Counted from the first letter of the stretch, positions 10,183 to 20,432 are shown. The stretch is DNA of 64,000 nt from Methanosarcinales archaeon (GCA_030611585.1 JAUWPM010000001.1:1715-65714), one strand, 5' to 3'. A program made the numbers and translations. Notes: generated by a model not told the origin, from the letters alone.

Positions 10183-10297
10183 GAATTAGAGGTTTAGTTT
10201 ATTAGCGGTTCCGCTCGTTAGCTAAACCTCCAAACCTCCAAACCGCTAACCCTCTATCCTCTGCGTTCTCTGTGAACTCTGCGGTTAATCTGACAAT
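10183..10297 (+). repeat. Intergenic repeat family B
   Basis: gaattagaggtttagtttattagcggttccgctcgttagctaaacctccaaac also at 31561; tail is the reverse complement of 3823-3863. Confidence 0.85.
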
Positions 10298-10298
10298 G

Positions 10299-11027
10299 TC
10301 AACCCAAAAGGCCAATTAATAAAACACAGACCAATCCTAAAATAAGACCTGTAATACCCACTTTTAAATTCTGTCTTATCTGCGCTGCTGGAATCAGTTC
10401 TTCTATTGAGATGTAAGTCATAAACCCTGCTGCAAGTGCAAGTGACGCACCTAACAACTCTAAAGACGTTCCTTTTAAAAAATAGTAGCCGAAAATAAAG
10501 CCGAGCAATTCAAACAGTATTGTCACCGTTACTATAACAAAGGACATCATTCTCTTTTTCGTTAACCCGTATAAAGGAACGATCGTTGCGATATTCTCCG
10601 GCACGTCCTGTGCTGCAATCCCCAATGCTATCACCATTCCCAATGCGGGTGTTAATGCAAATCCAACTCCAATTGCCAATCCTTCCGGTATGTTATGCAA
10701 TGCCATGCCGATAACGAGCATGGTAACGCTTCTTTCGATCGAAGGCTTTTCTTTCTTGAGTAATTCCGGATTTACGTGTGGCAGGGTTCTATCAATAATC
10801 CGGAACGTGACTATCCCAGTGAGAAAAGCAATAATCACTAAGTAAACGGGTGTGATTTCTAAACTTTCGGGTATCAATTGAAAGAACGATATACCCAGCA
10901 TCATCGAAGCGGCAAATGCTAAGGAACCATATAAAAAGGTCTCTTTTGGTTGCTTTATCAGTCCAATTAAACAACCTAAAGTTTGCCCAACAAAGATTAG
11001 GGATATGATTAATAATAGACTATTCAT
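10299..11027 (-). CDS. ZIP family metal transporter (ZupT/GufA-like)
   Basis: HNIPEGLAIG, QDVPENIA, EELIP, multiple TM. Confidence 0.9.
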   Translation of the reverse strand: MNSLLLIISLIFVGQTLGCLIGLIKQPKETFLYGSLAFAASMMLGISFFQLIPESLEITPVYLVIIAFLTGIVTFRIIDRTLPHVNPELLKKEKPSIERSVTMLVIGMALHNIPEGLAIGVGFALTPALGMVIALGIAAQDVPENIATIVPLYGLTKKRMMSFVIVTVTILFELLGFIFGYYFLKGTSLELLGASLALAAGFMTYISIEELIPAAQIRQNLKVGITGLILGLVCVLLIGLLG

Positions 11028-11056
11028 TTTTATTGTATATATACTATAACCCCCTT

Positions 11057-11222
11057 CTCTTTAAGACACTGATTTACACACAACTTTTTTACCTTCGGTA
11101 AAAACATTGACTAAAATATTCCCGATGTTTTTCTTTTAGCACAGGTTTTCTTTTTGACATTGCCGAAGGCAATGGAACGGCTTAGCCGTTCAAAAAAAGA
11201 AAAAGTGTTGTGTCAACAATTT
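11057..11222 (+). repeat. Repeat family A, second internal cassette
   Basis: Near-identical to 22168-22333, with hairpins tttttaccttcggtaaaaa and cattgccgaaggcaatg. Confidence 0.85.
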
Positions 11223-11860
11223 GTGTTTTCTTGTTTCCCCTCAAACGATTTCCGCTCACACAAAAGTATCTTAACAAAATCTACCAGCCCATAAGTTTCT
11301 TTAAGAATACGAAAACAGTGCTCTTGCAGTAAATCCTCAAGATTCCGTTTCGCAAAATCTCTGTAATACTTGCTCTCGTAAAGTGATGTGAATGACACGT
11401 GCAGCCGTCTATGCAATTTGGTCTTTGGAATGTGATAGTCAACAACGATTATTTTCCTGCTAACTCTTCTCATTTCGTCCAGCACACGATGTCTTACCTC
11501 ATAGGGCATATCACGTAGTGCAAAAGAGATACATGCGTAATCGAAATAATCGTTTTCAAATGGCATTTTCGTAGCATCTGCTACCACAAACCGCACATTT
11601 TCATATTTGTTCTTCTTCTCTGCTATTCTCAACATCTCTCTCGATAGGTCAAGCCCAACGACTTCATAACCTCTTTTCGCAAACGCAAAAGCCTGTGTCC
11701 CGGTTCCAGAGCAGACGTCCAGAATTTTTATTTTGGCTTTTGAGTCAATCATGTCTGCAACCTTGTTCCATATACCGGTTAAAGGCAAAGCAATAAAGTT
11801 ATAGACCGATGCCCATTTTCCAAAGAATCCTCGTATGTATCGGTAGTAATTCTCGTCCAT
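11213..11860 (-). CDS. Class I SAM-dependent methyltransferase (UbiE-like)
   Basis: ILDVCSGTG, GLDLS, ADATKMPF. Confidence 0.9.
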   Translation of the reverse strand: MDENYYRYIRGFFGKWASVYNFIALPLTGIWNKVADMIDSKAKIKILDVCSGTGTQAFAFAKRGYEVVGLDLSREMLRIAEKKNKYENVRFVVADATKMPFENDYFDYACISFALRDMPYEVRHRVLDEMRRVSRKIIVVDYHIPKTKLHRRLHVSFTSLYESKYYRDFAKRNLEDLLQEHCFRILKETYGLVDFVKILLCERKSFEGKQENTNC

Positions 11861-11880
11861 TTTACTTTACTGCTTTAATT

Positions 11881-12792
11881 TCAATCTCTCTTTAAAAACC
11901 TGAATACTTCACCCCTTTGCTCAATCAGCGTGAACAAATTTTCCCGTGCAAAGACATTCATAAATTCTTTCGGGTCGAGATGTTCAGCGGTAGCAAAGAG
12001 AATTCCACCCGATTTCAATACCCGGTGCAACTCCTCCAACAATTTCTCCCGGTCACTTATCATCTAGAGCACGTTGTATAATAAAACAACATCTACGCTC
12101 TCGTCTGGCAATCCGGTATCTCTGTCAGAGAGAATCGTTTTGATGTTCGAAAATCTTTTCTTTTTAATCTCTTTCTCAACTGCCCTTATAGCCAGAGGAT
12201 GAATATCCAGAGCATAAACGACGCCATCATCTCCAACCATTTTCGCCGCCGGGATACTGAAGCTTCCTATTCCGCAACTGTAATCCAGAACAGTTTGTCC
12301 TTTCTTGAGCCCCAGCTCACGTAAGGTTCTTTCGGGCTTTTTAGATATGCTGCGTAGGGTTAATATCGTCTTCATTATCGCAAACCCGACACCAGGCATC
12401 ATCAGCTTATCCGTTCCGCGTTTGAATATCAAGCCCCGGAACATCAAAATAGCCACGATGAATTGAGCAGCAGCAATGCCATCAAATACCATAAATATTG
12501 CCATTTTGTCCGTCAGAAACACTGTTAGCCCTAAATGATAAATCATAATGATGGGCGTAAGTGGAATGATAATTAGAGGTATCAGAGCAGCCAGCCAGTG
12601 CCACAACGGCTTATCCGCTCCACTATACTCTTTGAGTGCGAGAATTCCGATGCTGATTGTTAAAGCACCTGCAATTAATCCATATATCACTCCACGCAGG
12701 TAAACAAGACCGTTGATATAGCAAATTACTTTGAATATGGGGTAGAACAAACCCAGTGAGATATAGAAGGCATACTTTTTAATTATTCTCAT
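11881..12792 (-). pseudogene. Membrane-fused class I methyltransferase interrupted by an in-frame TAG at 12064-12066
   Basis: VLDYSCGIG...DESVDVVLLYNVL-TAG-MISDREKLLEELHRVLKSGG continues the Rossmann fold in the same frame. Confidence 0.75.
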
Positions 12793-12808
12793 TTTGTTTT
12801 ATTTTCGT

Positions 12809-12968
12809 ATATAAAGTATAACTGCATTCTCTTTAAGACACAGATTTACACCGATTTCTTCTTCTGTTGGACTAAGCTATTTTTGACGGCATTGATCTTT
12901 TCACCGTATTTTTTGGTAAAACTTTTTGCTTGCAAAAAGGTTTGTGTTAATCTGCGTCAACAATTTAA
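12809..12968 (+). repeat. Repeat family A, third internal cassette
   Basis: tataaagtataactgc..ctctttaagacacagatttacac ... gtgttaatctgcgtcaacaattta. Confidence 0.8.
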
Positions 12969-13837
12969 GTTTTCTTGATATGCGCTTGAGAATATTTCGG
13001 AGGAGTGCTCCACCACATCATCACTGCGGAATGCTTCTCTTTACGCAGACCCTTCTCCAAGACGTATTGCTCGATGATTCCCTTCACGTGCGCATCAACC
13101 TCCACGTACTTACCGATAAAACTCGCTATGTACCTTACTTCCTGCTCGAAGTTCCGCTCTACGCTGTAATTCGGCATTCGCACATTCACCGACCTTCCCC
13201 ATTGACGCAGGATTAAGTAAACGAAGTAATCGGCATCGGGGTCAAATTGACCAGTATAATCCTCCCCGGTTATTTTTGTCCACATTTCCGTTACTATATT
13301 ATCTCTTCCCGCAGGTTGTATCACCGCGCAATATCTCCGTGAAGCTTTTTCCATCTTCTTCAAATGCTTCTCAAGGTCTTTTACTTGCCACAAGAAATGA
13401 GAACACACGGCTAAATCGAATCTGTCTTTGATTTCAGGATCGCTAACGTCCAACCAGTTTTTAGTCATTATTTCAACGTTCTCAACCTGGCTTTCCTTCA
13501 GGTTCCTCCTCAGATATTCCACTGCCAGTTCGGAAGATTCAACACACACTATCCTCTTCACCTTCTCGGCTAACGGTACGGTCAGCGTTCCCGGACCCGC
13601 GCCTATTTCCAGAACTTCAAAGTTCTTATTTAGTATCTCGCTCAACGCCTCTACTGCTGTCCTGCCATATTCGTAATCGTTGTATTTCGCCACCTCGGAA
13701 TAGTCCGCAGCGAATTTAGCTCGGAATTCCTGGTCGTAGCCTATTTTCAAGGGCTTCATTCTCTGCTTCTGCATCTCTTCCCAGACTTCTCGCCAATTCA
13801 ATTCTTTCATCCTACTATTAAATTTTCTATCGGACAT
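12965..13837 (-). CDS. Class I SAM-dependent methyltransferase
   Basis: VLEIGAGPGTLTVPLA, FDLAVCSH. Confidence 0.88.
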   Translation of the reverse strand: MSDRKFNSRMKELNWREVWEEMQKQRMKPLKIGYDQEFRAKFAADYSEVAKYNDYEYGRTAVEALSEILNKNFEVLEIGAGPGTLTVPLAEKVKRIVCVESSELAVEYLRRNLKESQVENVEIMTKNWLDVSDPEIKDRFDLAVCSHFLWQVKDLEKHLKKMEKASRRYCAVIQPAGRDNIVTEMWTKITGEDYTGQFDPDADYFVYLILRQWGRSVNVRMPNYSVERNFEQEVRYIASFIGKYVEVDAHVKGIIEQYVLEKGLRKEKHSAVMMWWSTPPKYSQAHIKKT

Positions 13838-13845
13838 ACAAAACT

Positions 13846-14643
13846 TTATACCCTCCTCCCGCTTAAATACCCGATTCCCCAGATATTAGCGAGCCTGCCG
13901 AGATTGACACCCGCTTCCTTAAAACCCACAAACTTCGCGTTTTCAATACCCATCTGCTGCACCTTTTCGAGTAGTTCGGGCATGTTCTTCACTTTATATG
14001 CTTTCAAGAAAGAACCGCTAAAAGGGTCGCATATCACGAACACGCCATCAGGTGCGAGTACCCGAATAACTTCTTTGAGGAGGACTATTCGGTCAGGCAC
14101 TTTAATCTCGTGAAAGGCAAATGAACTTACTACTAATTGAAATTCTCCATCCTCGAACGGCAGGTCAAGCGCACTATCAGTTTGGAATGTGCATCTGTTA
14201 CTCACACCTTCTAATCTAGCATTTCTCTCCGCACCTGCTTTCGTCATCCCAAATAGTTTCCAGCCTTTCGTCCACGTATCCACGCCAATTACCTGCGATT
14301 CTGGAAACCGCTTAGCTATTTCGATTGCCACCCGACCAAGTCCTGTTCCAATATCCAGCACTTTACCATTGCCAGCCCAGACGTTTCTTAACAGGTCCAA
14401 GAAATTATCCTTTACGAGTTCTATCTTCTCAGGATCATTCACCCAGCCCATCGAAAGATGCCAGAACGCACCTGAGGAGAGTAAGATCACTCCTAAAACC
14501 CCGCATAAAATAGAACTCCCGGTGGTTGTGAAAACAATTGCAATTGCAAGTGCTATGCTTACAATTCCACCCGCGATTAAAGCCATGATGAAGTATTTCA
14601 TCAGACGGTATCCATAATATGGCTCTACAAGTTTTTCTTTCAT
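13846..14643 (-). CDS. Class I methyltransferase with N-terminal TM hairpin
   Basis: VLDIGTGLG, LPFEDGEFQLVVSSFAFH, RVLAPDG. Confidence 0.9.
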   Translation of the reverse strand: MKEKLVEPYYGYRLMKYFIMALIAGGIVSIALAIAIVFTTTGSSILCGVLGVILLSSGAFWHLSMGWVNDPEKIELVKDNFLDLLRNVWAGNGKVLDIGTGLGRVAIEIAKRFPESQVIGVDTWTKGWKLFGMTKAGAERNARLEGVSNRCTFQTDSALDLPFEDGEFQLVVSSFAFHEIKVPDRIVLLKEVIRVLAPDGVFVICDPFSGSFLKAYKVKNMPELLEKVQQMGIENAKFVGFKEAGVNLGRLANIWGIGYLSGRRV

Positions 14644-14647
14644 GTTT

Positions 14648-14788
14648 CTCTTTAAGACACGGATTTACACTGATTTACGCGGATTTATTTAGGGTGAAGA
14701 ACAAAGTTGATTTTCATCATTAAGCCCTTTCAGGGCTTGTGGGACGTGGGCGGAGCCCACGAGCGTTAATCTGCGTCAACAATTTAGG
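14648..14788 (+). repeat. Repeat family A, full copy
   Basis: Near-identical to 8801-8940. Confidence 0.85.
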
Positions 14789-14817
14789 TTTTCTTTTTCC
14801 TCTTTTCTTTTTGCTTT

Positions 14818-15498
14818 TCAATAGACAAACGGTATCACCTTTTTAGTAGTCCTCTCACAATATTCCTCCCATTCCTTACTGAATTCTTGGTGCAGCATCT
14901 TTTCTTCTTTTGTGATACGAATCAACATTAAGAAGCTCATTATAGCTGCCAATACTAAAGCAGGAATGGAAACAAAAACCAAAGCAAGCCCAAACACCCA
15001 GAAAATAATCCCGCTGTATCTCGGATGTCTCATATAGCTGTAGGGACCGTCAGTAACCAATTTATGCTCTTCTTGAATTGTAACATACGCACTGAATTGT
15101 TCGCCTAAGTGTAGCGGACCCCAGACCATAAAAAGATACCCAATAAGAAAGACAATCAGCCCGGAATAACGCAGGACGTCTCCGCCACCCATCACAAAGA
15201 GATTATGGCTTTCTGAGTAAGGGGCAACGAACACTATCAGGAATCCAATCAAGCTTGGAAGCATCACACCAGTCAATTTTTCCTTTGGGTCCACCTTTTC
15301 GCCCTTCTTATTGAATTCTACTCCAAACCTGTTTTTGAATAGCATGGTCAACGTGTTCACGGTAATCGTAACGGCAAACAGTATTGTCCTTGCAGGATGT
15401 GAGAAGAAGCCGTGAATATCGTTAATTCCCCAGCCAAATAGAATTAATAGTGCATAAACCACACCAAAGATGATTGCAGGCATTATTTTCTTAAACAT
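14818..15498 (-). CDS. ICMT/PEMT-family integral membrane methyltransferase
   Basis: HKLVTDGPYSYMRHPRYSG, RITKEEKML. Confidence 0.88.
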   Translation of the reverse strand: MFKKIMPAIIFGVVYALLILFGWGINDIHGFFSHPARTILFAVTITVNTLTMLFKNRFGVEFNKKGEKVDPKEKLTGVMLPSLIGFLIVFVAPYSESHNLFVMGGGDVLRYSGLIVFLIGYLFMVWGPLHLGEQFSAYVTIQEEHKLVTDGPYSYMRHPRYSGIIFWVFGLALVFVSIPALVLAAIMSFLMLIRITKEEKMLHQEFSKEWEEYCERTTKKVIPFVY

Positions 15499-16539
15499 TT
15501 CTGTTTCCCCCTTTCAACTTCCTTGCCGCAAGAATAAGGCATCTATATTGTCTCGCCTCCTCTGCTGGTCTTACAGTAAAGTCACCAAAACCGGATGATT
15601 CCAGAGCACTCTTTAGTTCATCCTCTGAGAGATGGTGTGTCGGATAGCCCATTAACCTTGTCATCAGCTCTACCATTGTACCGGACACAGGTCCGCATTC
15701 ATCTTCATCCATTGAGAGGTGGTTAGAGACAAAAACTCCGCCGGGAACCATTGCTTTGTTGATTCTCTTGAGGATGTCTTTTAAATGCCCTTTCCATCCG
15801 TATATAACGTGAGATGCAAAAACCAAGTCGTAGCCCTCACCAATCGAAACATCTGTTTTAATGTCAGCACCGATTGTATCTATTCGTTCTGCATAGCCCA
15901 TTTCCGAAATGAGTTCTTTTGCCAATTCAGCAACTTTTGGCAGGTCAAGGATTGTCCCCCTCAATTGTGGATTTTTGTCAAGCAGTGCCATTGTATAAAA
16001 GCCATGACTGCCGCCCAGATCGCACATATTTTTCACATTTGGAAATTCGGGTAATGTTGTAATAAACTCAGTTACATCCTGAATTGAGCCGCCCATTGTT
16101 CCCTGTCCCCCGACTTTCATAGCCTCAATATTAGCCCACATCTCGGTATCAAACTTGGGTGGTCCGTTTTTTAATATCTCTGGCATCTTGCTCATGACCT
16201 GACCAATTAATGGGAGAACATGGCAATCGTTGCTCCTTGATACGCAGGAGAGGACTTCACCAAGAAATCTGCAGATAACGGTGTCAATGAATAATCGGCT
16301 CCGTTTTTCTCCAGTAGCTTCAGTGTCACGAGGATATTGGCAAAAGCCTCGGTGAGGTTCTCAATCGTGCCAAGTCTGACTGAAAGAGTGGGGGCATCCA
16401 TTGGCTCTTCGGCAAGCGCATCGAATAGTCCAAGCTCCATTGCTGTGCTTATTACGTTAGGTGCATATCCTTGGTAAAGAATCTCATCCAGAGGTCTAAA
16501 GCTTGCTTTGAGCTGTGGGATGTTCATTTTTCTGCCCAC
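15491..16539 (-). pseudogene. O-methyltransferase (dimerisation plus Methyltransf_2) with a frameshift near 16210
   Basis: ORFs 16207-16539 and 15491-16195 match the two halves of paralog 17195-18217; adding one base at ttctccc gives FSPLIGQVMSK. Confidence 0.8.
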
Positions 16540-17180
16540 CTTTTAGCAACGGCATACAATAATGCCATTCTATCTTCCGGATGTTTTATCCTTTCCTTTT
16601 TTACAACAGTAAAACCGGATTTAGTTATAAAATCCGCAAATTCATCCAAATTTAACTTATGAAAAACTGGAAGTTGCCCAATTAGTGTAGAAATTGTTAA
16701 TGCAATTTTAAATTTGAAAGATTCTCCAACTCCAACGATTATAGCAATAAACAGACCTCCCGGTTTTAATACTCGTTTTATCTCGGATAAAACATTTTCC
16801 GGATATTTCATATTATGGAGAGCGTTGTTACAAATAACTGTATCAAATATGTCGTTATCAAAAGGAAGTTTATAAGCGTCTTCTACTGAGAATTCTACAT
16901 TCTTAATTTCCTTTTCCATCATCTTTTTCTCAGCCTCTTCTATCATCGGCTGCGATATATCCACGGCGTAAACCTGAGCAGCTTGCTCAGCTACCTTTAG
17001 TGCAACCAAACCTGAGCCAGTGGCAACATCCAGAACGATGTCTCCACTATTAACATCCTCAGATATTTTATCCAGTAGAGACGGGTAGATTTTCCAGTAC
17101 TTCTCTATAAAAGGCTCATATCTGGGCGTAAGTTTATCCCAGTATTTTCTCTCTTTCTCAATTCTTATATTATCTTGCAT
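16524..17180 (-). CDS. Class I SAM-dependent methyltransferase
   Basis: VLDVATGSG, AVDIS, LPFDNDIFD, RVLKPGG; ATG at 17180 avoids overlap with the upstream gene. Confidence 0.88.
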   Translation of the reverse strand: MQDNIRIEKERKYWDKLTPRYEPFIEKYWKIYPSLLDKISEDVNSGDIVLDVATGSGLVALKVAEQAAQVYAVDISQPMIEEAEKKMMEKEIKNVEFSVEDAYKLPFDNDIFDTVICNNALHNMKYPENVLSEIKRVLKPGGLFIAIIVGVGESFKFKIALTISTLIGQLPVFHKLNLDEFADFITKSGFTVVKKERIKHPEDRMALLYAVAKRWAEK

Positions 17181-17194
17181 TGTTTTTTCCAGCT

Positions 17195-18217
17195 CTATTC
17201 TTTCCTCCCGATGTCGAGGTCTGCCGCACCCCACGGTAAATTCAGCGTGCGACTACGTACGGACTTGAATCCAACCCGAAGCATGGAATCGGCGATTTCA
17301 CCCTGGTCGAAACACATGTCCTGACCCATCAGCGCGAAGGACATCATGGACAACACGACGAAGCCAGTCTTCGTCCGCTCGTGTGTCAGACCCTCGCAGA
17401 AGCTGATGAACACGCCCCCGGGATTTAGCGCATCGTAAATCTTCTTTATAAGCGAGTCAAGGTCGTGCCTGGCAAAGTTAAGCGCGTTGCTCGTCCAGAT
17501 CAGGTCGTATCCCTCTCCAATTGAATCACAGTTATAATCCCCTGCCAGCACGTCCATCCGCTCTTCCATCTCATATTCCTTGATGAAGGTCTTAGCCACT
17601 TTGATTATTGCCGGGCGGTCGAAGATGATACCTTTCATGCTCGGATGCGATGTCACGATGGAAATTCCGACAAGCCCCGGACCGCCTCCCAGGTCCAGCA
17701 TCTTCTTGAATGACGGGAACTCTGGCAGTTCCGAGACGAGTTCAACCGCCTGCTGCGCCACGCCAGCCCGCTCGTAGTTTGCCATGGAGACTGTAAACTG
17801 TGCCCACATTTCCTCGGAGCCCATATCCATTTCCGGTGAGGGCGGAGGAGGTCCTTCTTTGACAAGCTTGGGCAAGTAGTTGAGGGCAGGGTCCCACATC
17901 TGCGACTGGAAGGCGAACATCTGTCCCAGAAATGTTGGACTGCCTTCCACCAGAAAAGCTTGTGCAACGGCGGTGTTCTGATACAAACCATTCTGTTTCG
18001 CTATCAAATCGCTCGCTGCCAGACCGTCTAAGAACAGCCTTGTGTTCACAGGATGGGCATCAATACCTTTCGCCACTGCTTCTGCTGACTTAGGTTCGCT
18101 CAACTGATTGAACACCTTCAGTTCAATGCCCGTCAACATCAGCTTCGATTTAATCGGAGCAACGAGCATCCTATACAGCCCCTCAAAACCGACATTTACT
18201 TCTGGTAGCTTTTTCAT
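17195..18217 (-). CDS. O-methyltransferase with dimerisation domain
   Basis: GIELKVFNQL N-domain, LDLGGGPG, ALNPGG. Confidence 0.9.
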   Translation of the reverse strand: MKKLPEVNVGFEGLYRMLVAPIKSKLMLTGIELKVFNQLSEPKSAEAVAKGIDAHPVNTRLFLDGLAASDLIAKQNGLYQNTAVAQAFLVEGSPTFLGQMFAFQSQMWDPALNYLPKLVKEGPPPPSPEMDMGSEEMWAQFTVSMANYERAGVAQQAVELVSELPEFPSFKKMLDLGGGPGLVGISIVTSHPSMKGIIFDRPAIIKVAKTFIKEYEMEERMDVLAGDYNCDSIGEGYDLIWTSNALNFARHDLDSLIKKIYDALNPGGVFISFCEGLTHERTKTGFVVLSMMSFALMGQDMCFDQGEIADSMLRVGFKSVRSRTLNLPWGAADLDIGRKE

Positions 18218-18247
18218 TGATGTTTTTTCCTTTTGCCTATGATAAAT

Positions 18248-19492
18248 TCACCCGGGAACGCCCTCAGCGACACTTCGATTATTCTCGGCGAACTTTACCA
18301 ATTCGTTTCTGAGCGCGCTCAAACCAGAACTGCGAAGGAAACAGCAGGGCTTGTCCCGCAACTTGCACACCTTTTTAACCAATTGGCAAGCGTTGTGACT
18401 GTTTATATCCACGGGGCAGAATACCACGTCGTTTCCGTCAATGAGACTTGCTATCGCGCTTTTGCCGCGCTCGCAATGCCCGCAGTGGTAACAGAATTGG
18501 CAGCCAAATGATTCCGCCAGATCCTTGTAAGACGACTCAAGCGACTCCACACCGCCAACGTACGCTACCCGCATACCTTCGAGCTGAGATTCTTCCTGAT
18601 GATCCCCGTTATCGAAACTGTCACGGTTACGGCTACAAGCAGAAGCTGCGAACTTGTCCTCCACGCTGGACGTGGACAGTTTGACTAATTCAGTATTCTC
18701 TTTATTCAGTCTTTTCAGTTCTTCTCGCAAAAACGCAAGTTCCTTTTTCCTGCCTTCAATATCTTCGTAAGCCGCTTCTCCACCGGTTCCCTCTATCATT
18801 CTCTTCAATCGCTCATTCAACCGTCTCTGCTCTTCCAATTCGCGAGCAAACCTACTTTTAGCCTCTTTTATCGTTTCACGCTCGGAAATCAAATCGTCCC
18901 TCTTCTGTTCCAACCTCACACATCTGCGTTGAAGCTTTTCATTCGATTCTAAAGCTTCTCTTAACTCGTCCATCACCGCTTCCACGTTTCCGTCGGGCGA
19001 TTTACGGGAAAGTGCATCGTAAACTCGCAACGCCTGATGCTCCTTCATGTGTACGGCAGCGAATATCCTCGTCTCGATCTCTTTATCGTAACTCCCATTA
19101 CGTGCTGCGAACCAGATAAGAGCAGCGATCGGGACGTCTCTCAGGGTGGTTTCTGCCCCGTCGTTGCCTTCGATGAACGCACCTATTTTCTGTGGGTCTA
19201 AAATTCCCGCTCTTTTCTTATACGTTGCAAATTGACTATCCAGCAGCTTTTCCACGCGCTTGGCGTATTGATTCTGCGTCCTGCACAGCTCAGCAAGCTG
19301 CTGGTGCATTTCAAACGCTGCTAAGAGCTGATTCCCATGGCTGAGCTTTAAATCCTTAAAAATCCTACTCAGAGCCTTTTCGTCGAAACTCAATCCCAGG
19401 AGTCTACAAATGGTGAAAGGCTGAAACTCCCAGATCCTTCTCTTACCATTTCCGCGTCCATTCCCATTTTTCCTTCCTTTTTCTTCTGCCAT
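18248..19492 (-). CDS. Coiled-coil protein with C-terminal DUF2325 domain
   Basis: VAYVGG...DVVFCPVDINSHNAC..VKKVCK...SSGLS. Confidence 0.8.
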   Translation of the reverse strand: MAEEKGRKNGNGRGNGKRRIWEFQPFTICRLLGLSFDEKALSRIFKDLKLSHGNQLLAAFEMHQQLAELCRTQNQYAKRVEKLLDSQFATYKKRAGILDPQKIGAFIEGNDGAETTLRDVPIAALIWFAARNGSYDKEIETRIFAAVHMKEHQALRVYDALSRKSPDGNVEAVMDELREALESNEKLQRRCVRLEQKRDDLISERETIKEAKSRFARELEEQRRLNERLKRMIEGTGGEAAYEDIEGRKKELAFLREELKRLNKENTELVKLSTSSVEDKFAASACSRNRDSFDNGDHQEESQLEGMRVAYVGGVESLESSYKDLAESFGCQFCYHCGHCERGKSAIASLIDGNDVVFCPVDINSHNACQLVKKVCKLRDKPCCFLRSSGLSALRNELVKFAENNRSVAEGVPG

Positions 19493-19533
19493 TCTTTATC
19501 ACTCTACCTCCGTTTGTGTTACGTACGGTACGG

Positions 19534-19707
19534 CTACGAAGCCCGATAAAGCGAATACCCGTCAATAAACCACGAGCCAAACTCTCGTTTTATCGCTTCA
19601 AACCGTTCGTCTATTCCTGCTTCTTCCATTTCAGACTTAGACAAGGACACATTCTGAAGTAGCCGCATCAGCTCCTTCGTCAATCGCGTTAGTTCTATCT
19701 CGTCCAT
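19534..19707 (-). CDS. Unannotated 57-aa protein (GSWFI family, copy 1)
   Basis: MDEIELTRLTKELMRLLQNV...IKREFGSWFIDGYSLYRAS; homologous to 39966-40127; first ORF after the operator/promoter. Confidence 0.8.
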   Translation of the reverse strand: MDEIELTRLTKELMRLLQNVSLSKSEMEEAGIDERFEAIKREFGSWFIDGYSLYRAS

Positions 19708-19726
19708 CCATAATCCCCCATCTTGT

Positions 19727-19827
19727 TTAGGCTGCCCTAACTATTCGTAATATTGTTGTTAGGCACATAAATAAGCCGCCCTAAAAAGGTTCGATTTTGC
19801 TAAAAGAACCTAAACAAGTTCGGGTTT
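19727..19827 (-). promoter_or_regulatory. DtxR-type operator/promoter of the small ORF-DUF2325-methyltransferase run
   Basis: TTAGG-ctgc-CCTAA; about 50 bp nearly duplicating 8691-8740; same TTAGGG-N3-cttatttatg-N2-CCTAAC layout as the flavodoxin promoter. Confidence 0.7.
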
Positions 19828-20302
19828 AGCGGAAAATCCTATGCTCTTTTGCTTCTCGCTTCTTCGCTTCACAGGGATGCACCCCCGTCTCACAGAATAT
19901 CTCAAAGTGTTCCAGCCACTGCGGGTAATCCGGCGCGGACTGGACGAACTGCACTAAGCTTTTCAACTGCCCTATCGTCTCCGGCTCCACTTCGTGCTCG
20001 ATGATGCACGCGTCTTTATTCGCTATCTTCTTCGGCACATTTATTATCTCCAAAAACGTTCTTATCGTCTCGTGGCGGTCTTTAACGACACGTGCTACAT
20101 CTCGCCCTTTTGGGGTTAATTTCACTCCCTCGTATTTCCGGTATTCGACAAGACCCATGTCGTTCAGTCTCTTCAACATCTCCACAACGCTGGGAGGTTT
20201 TATACCCAAAGCCAATGCAATATCCTTCGTCCTCGTGTGCCCCCTCCGTTCCGCGATGTTCAGAATCGCCTCGAGATAGTCCTCCACTTTTCTGCTTAGC
20301 AT
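19826..20302 (-). CDS. DtxR/IdeR/MntR family metal-dependent repressor
   Basis: EDYLEAI, KPPSVVEMLKRL, LTPKG, RHE, DACIIEH. Confidence 0.93.
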   Translation of the reverse strand: MLSRKVEDYLEAILNIAERRGHTRTKDIALALGIKPPSVVEMLKRLNDMGLVEYRKYEGVKLTPKGRDVARVVKDRHETIRTFLEIINVPKKIANKDACIIEHEVEPETIGQLKSLVQFVQSAPDYPQWLEHFEIFCETGVHPCEAKKREAKEHRIFR

Positions 20303-20432
20303 ACTACAACATTATTAGGGAGCCCTATATTTAAATGATTTCGTATTTTAATTTCGCTATCCTCTACTTTACTATACTTATACTGCCGTACCAATGTTAG
20401 CCATATAGTTTGGAATAGTTGAGGAGGTATTT

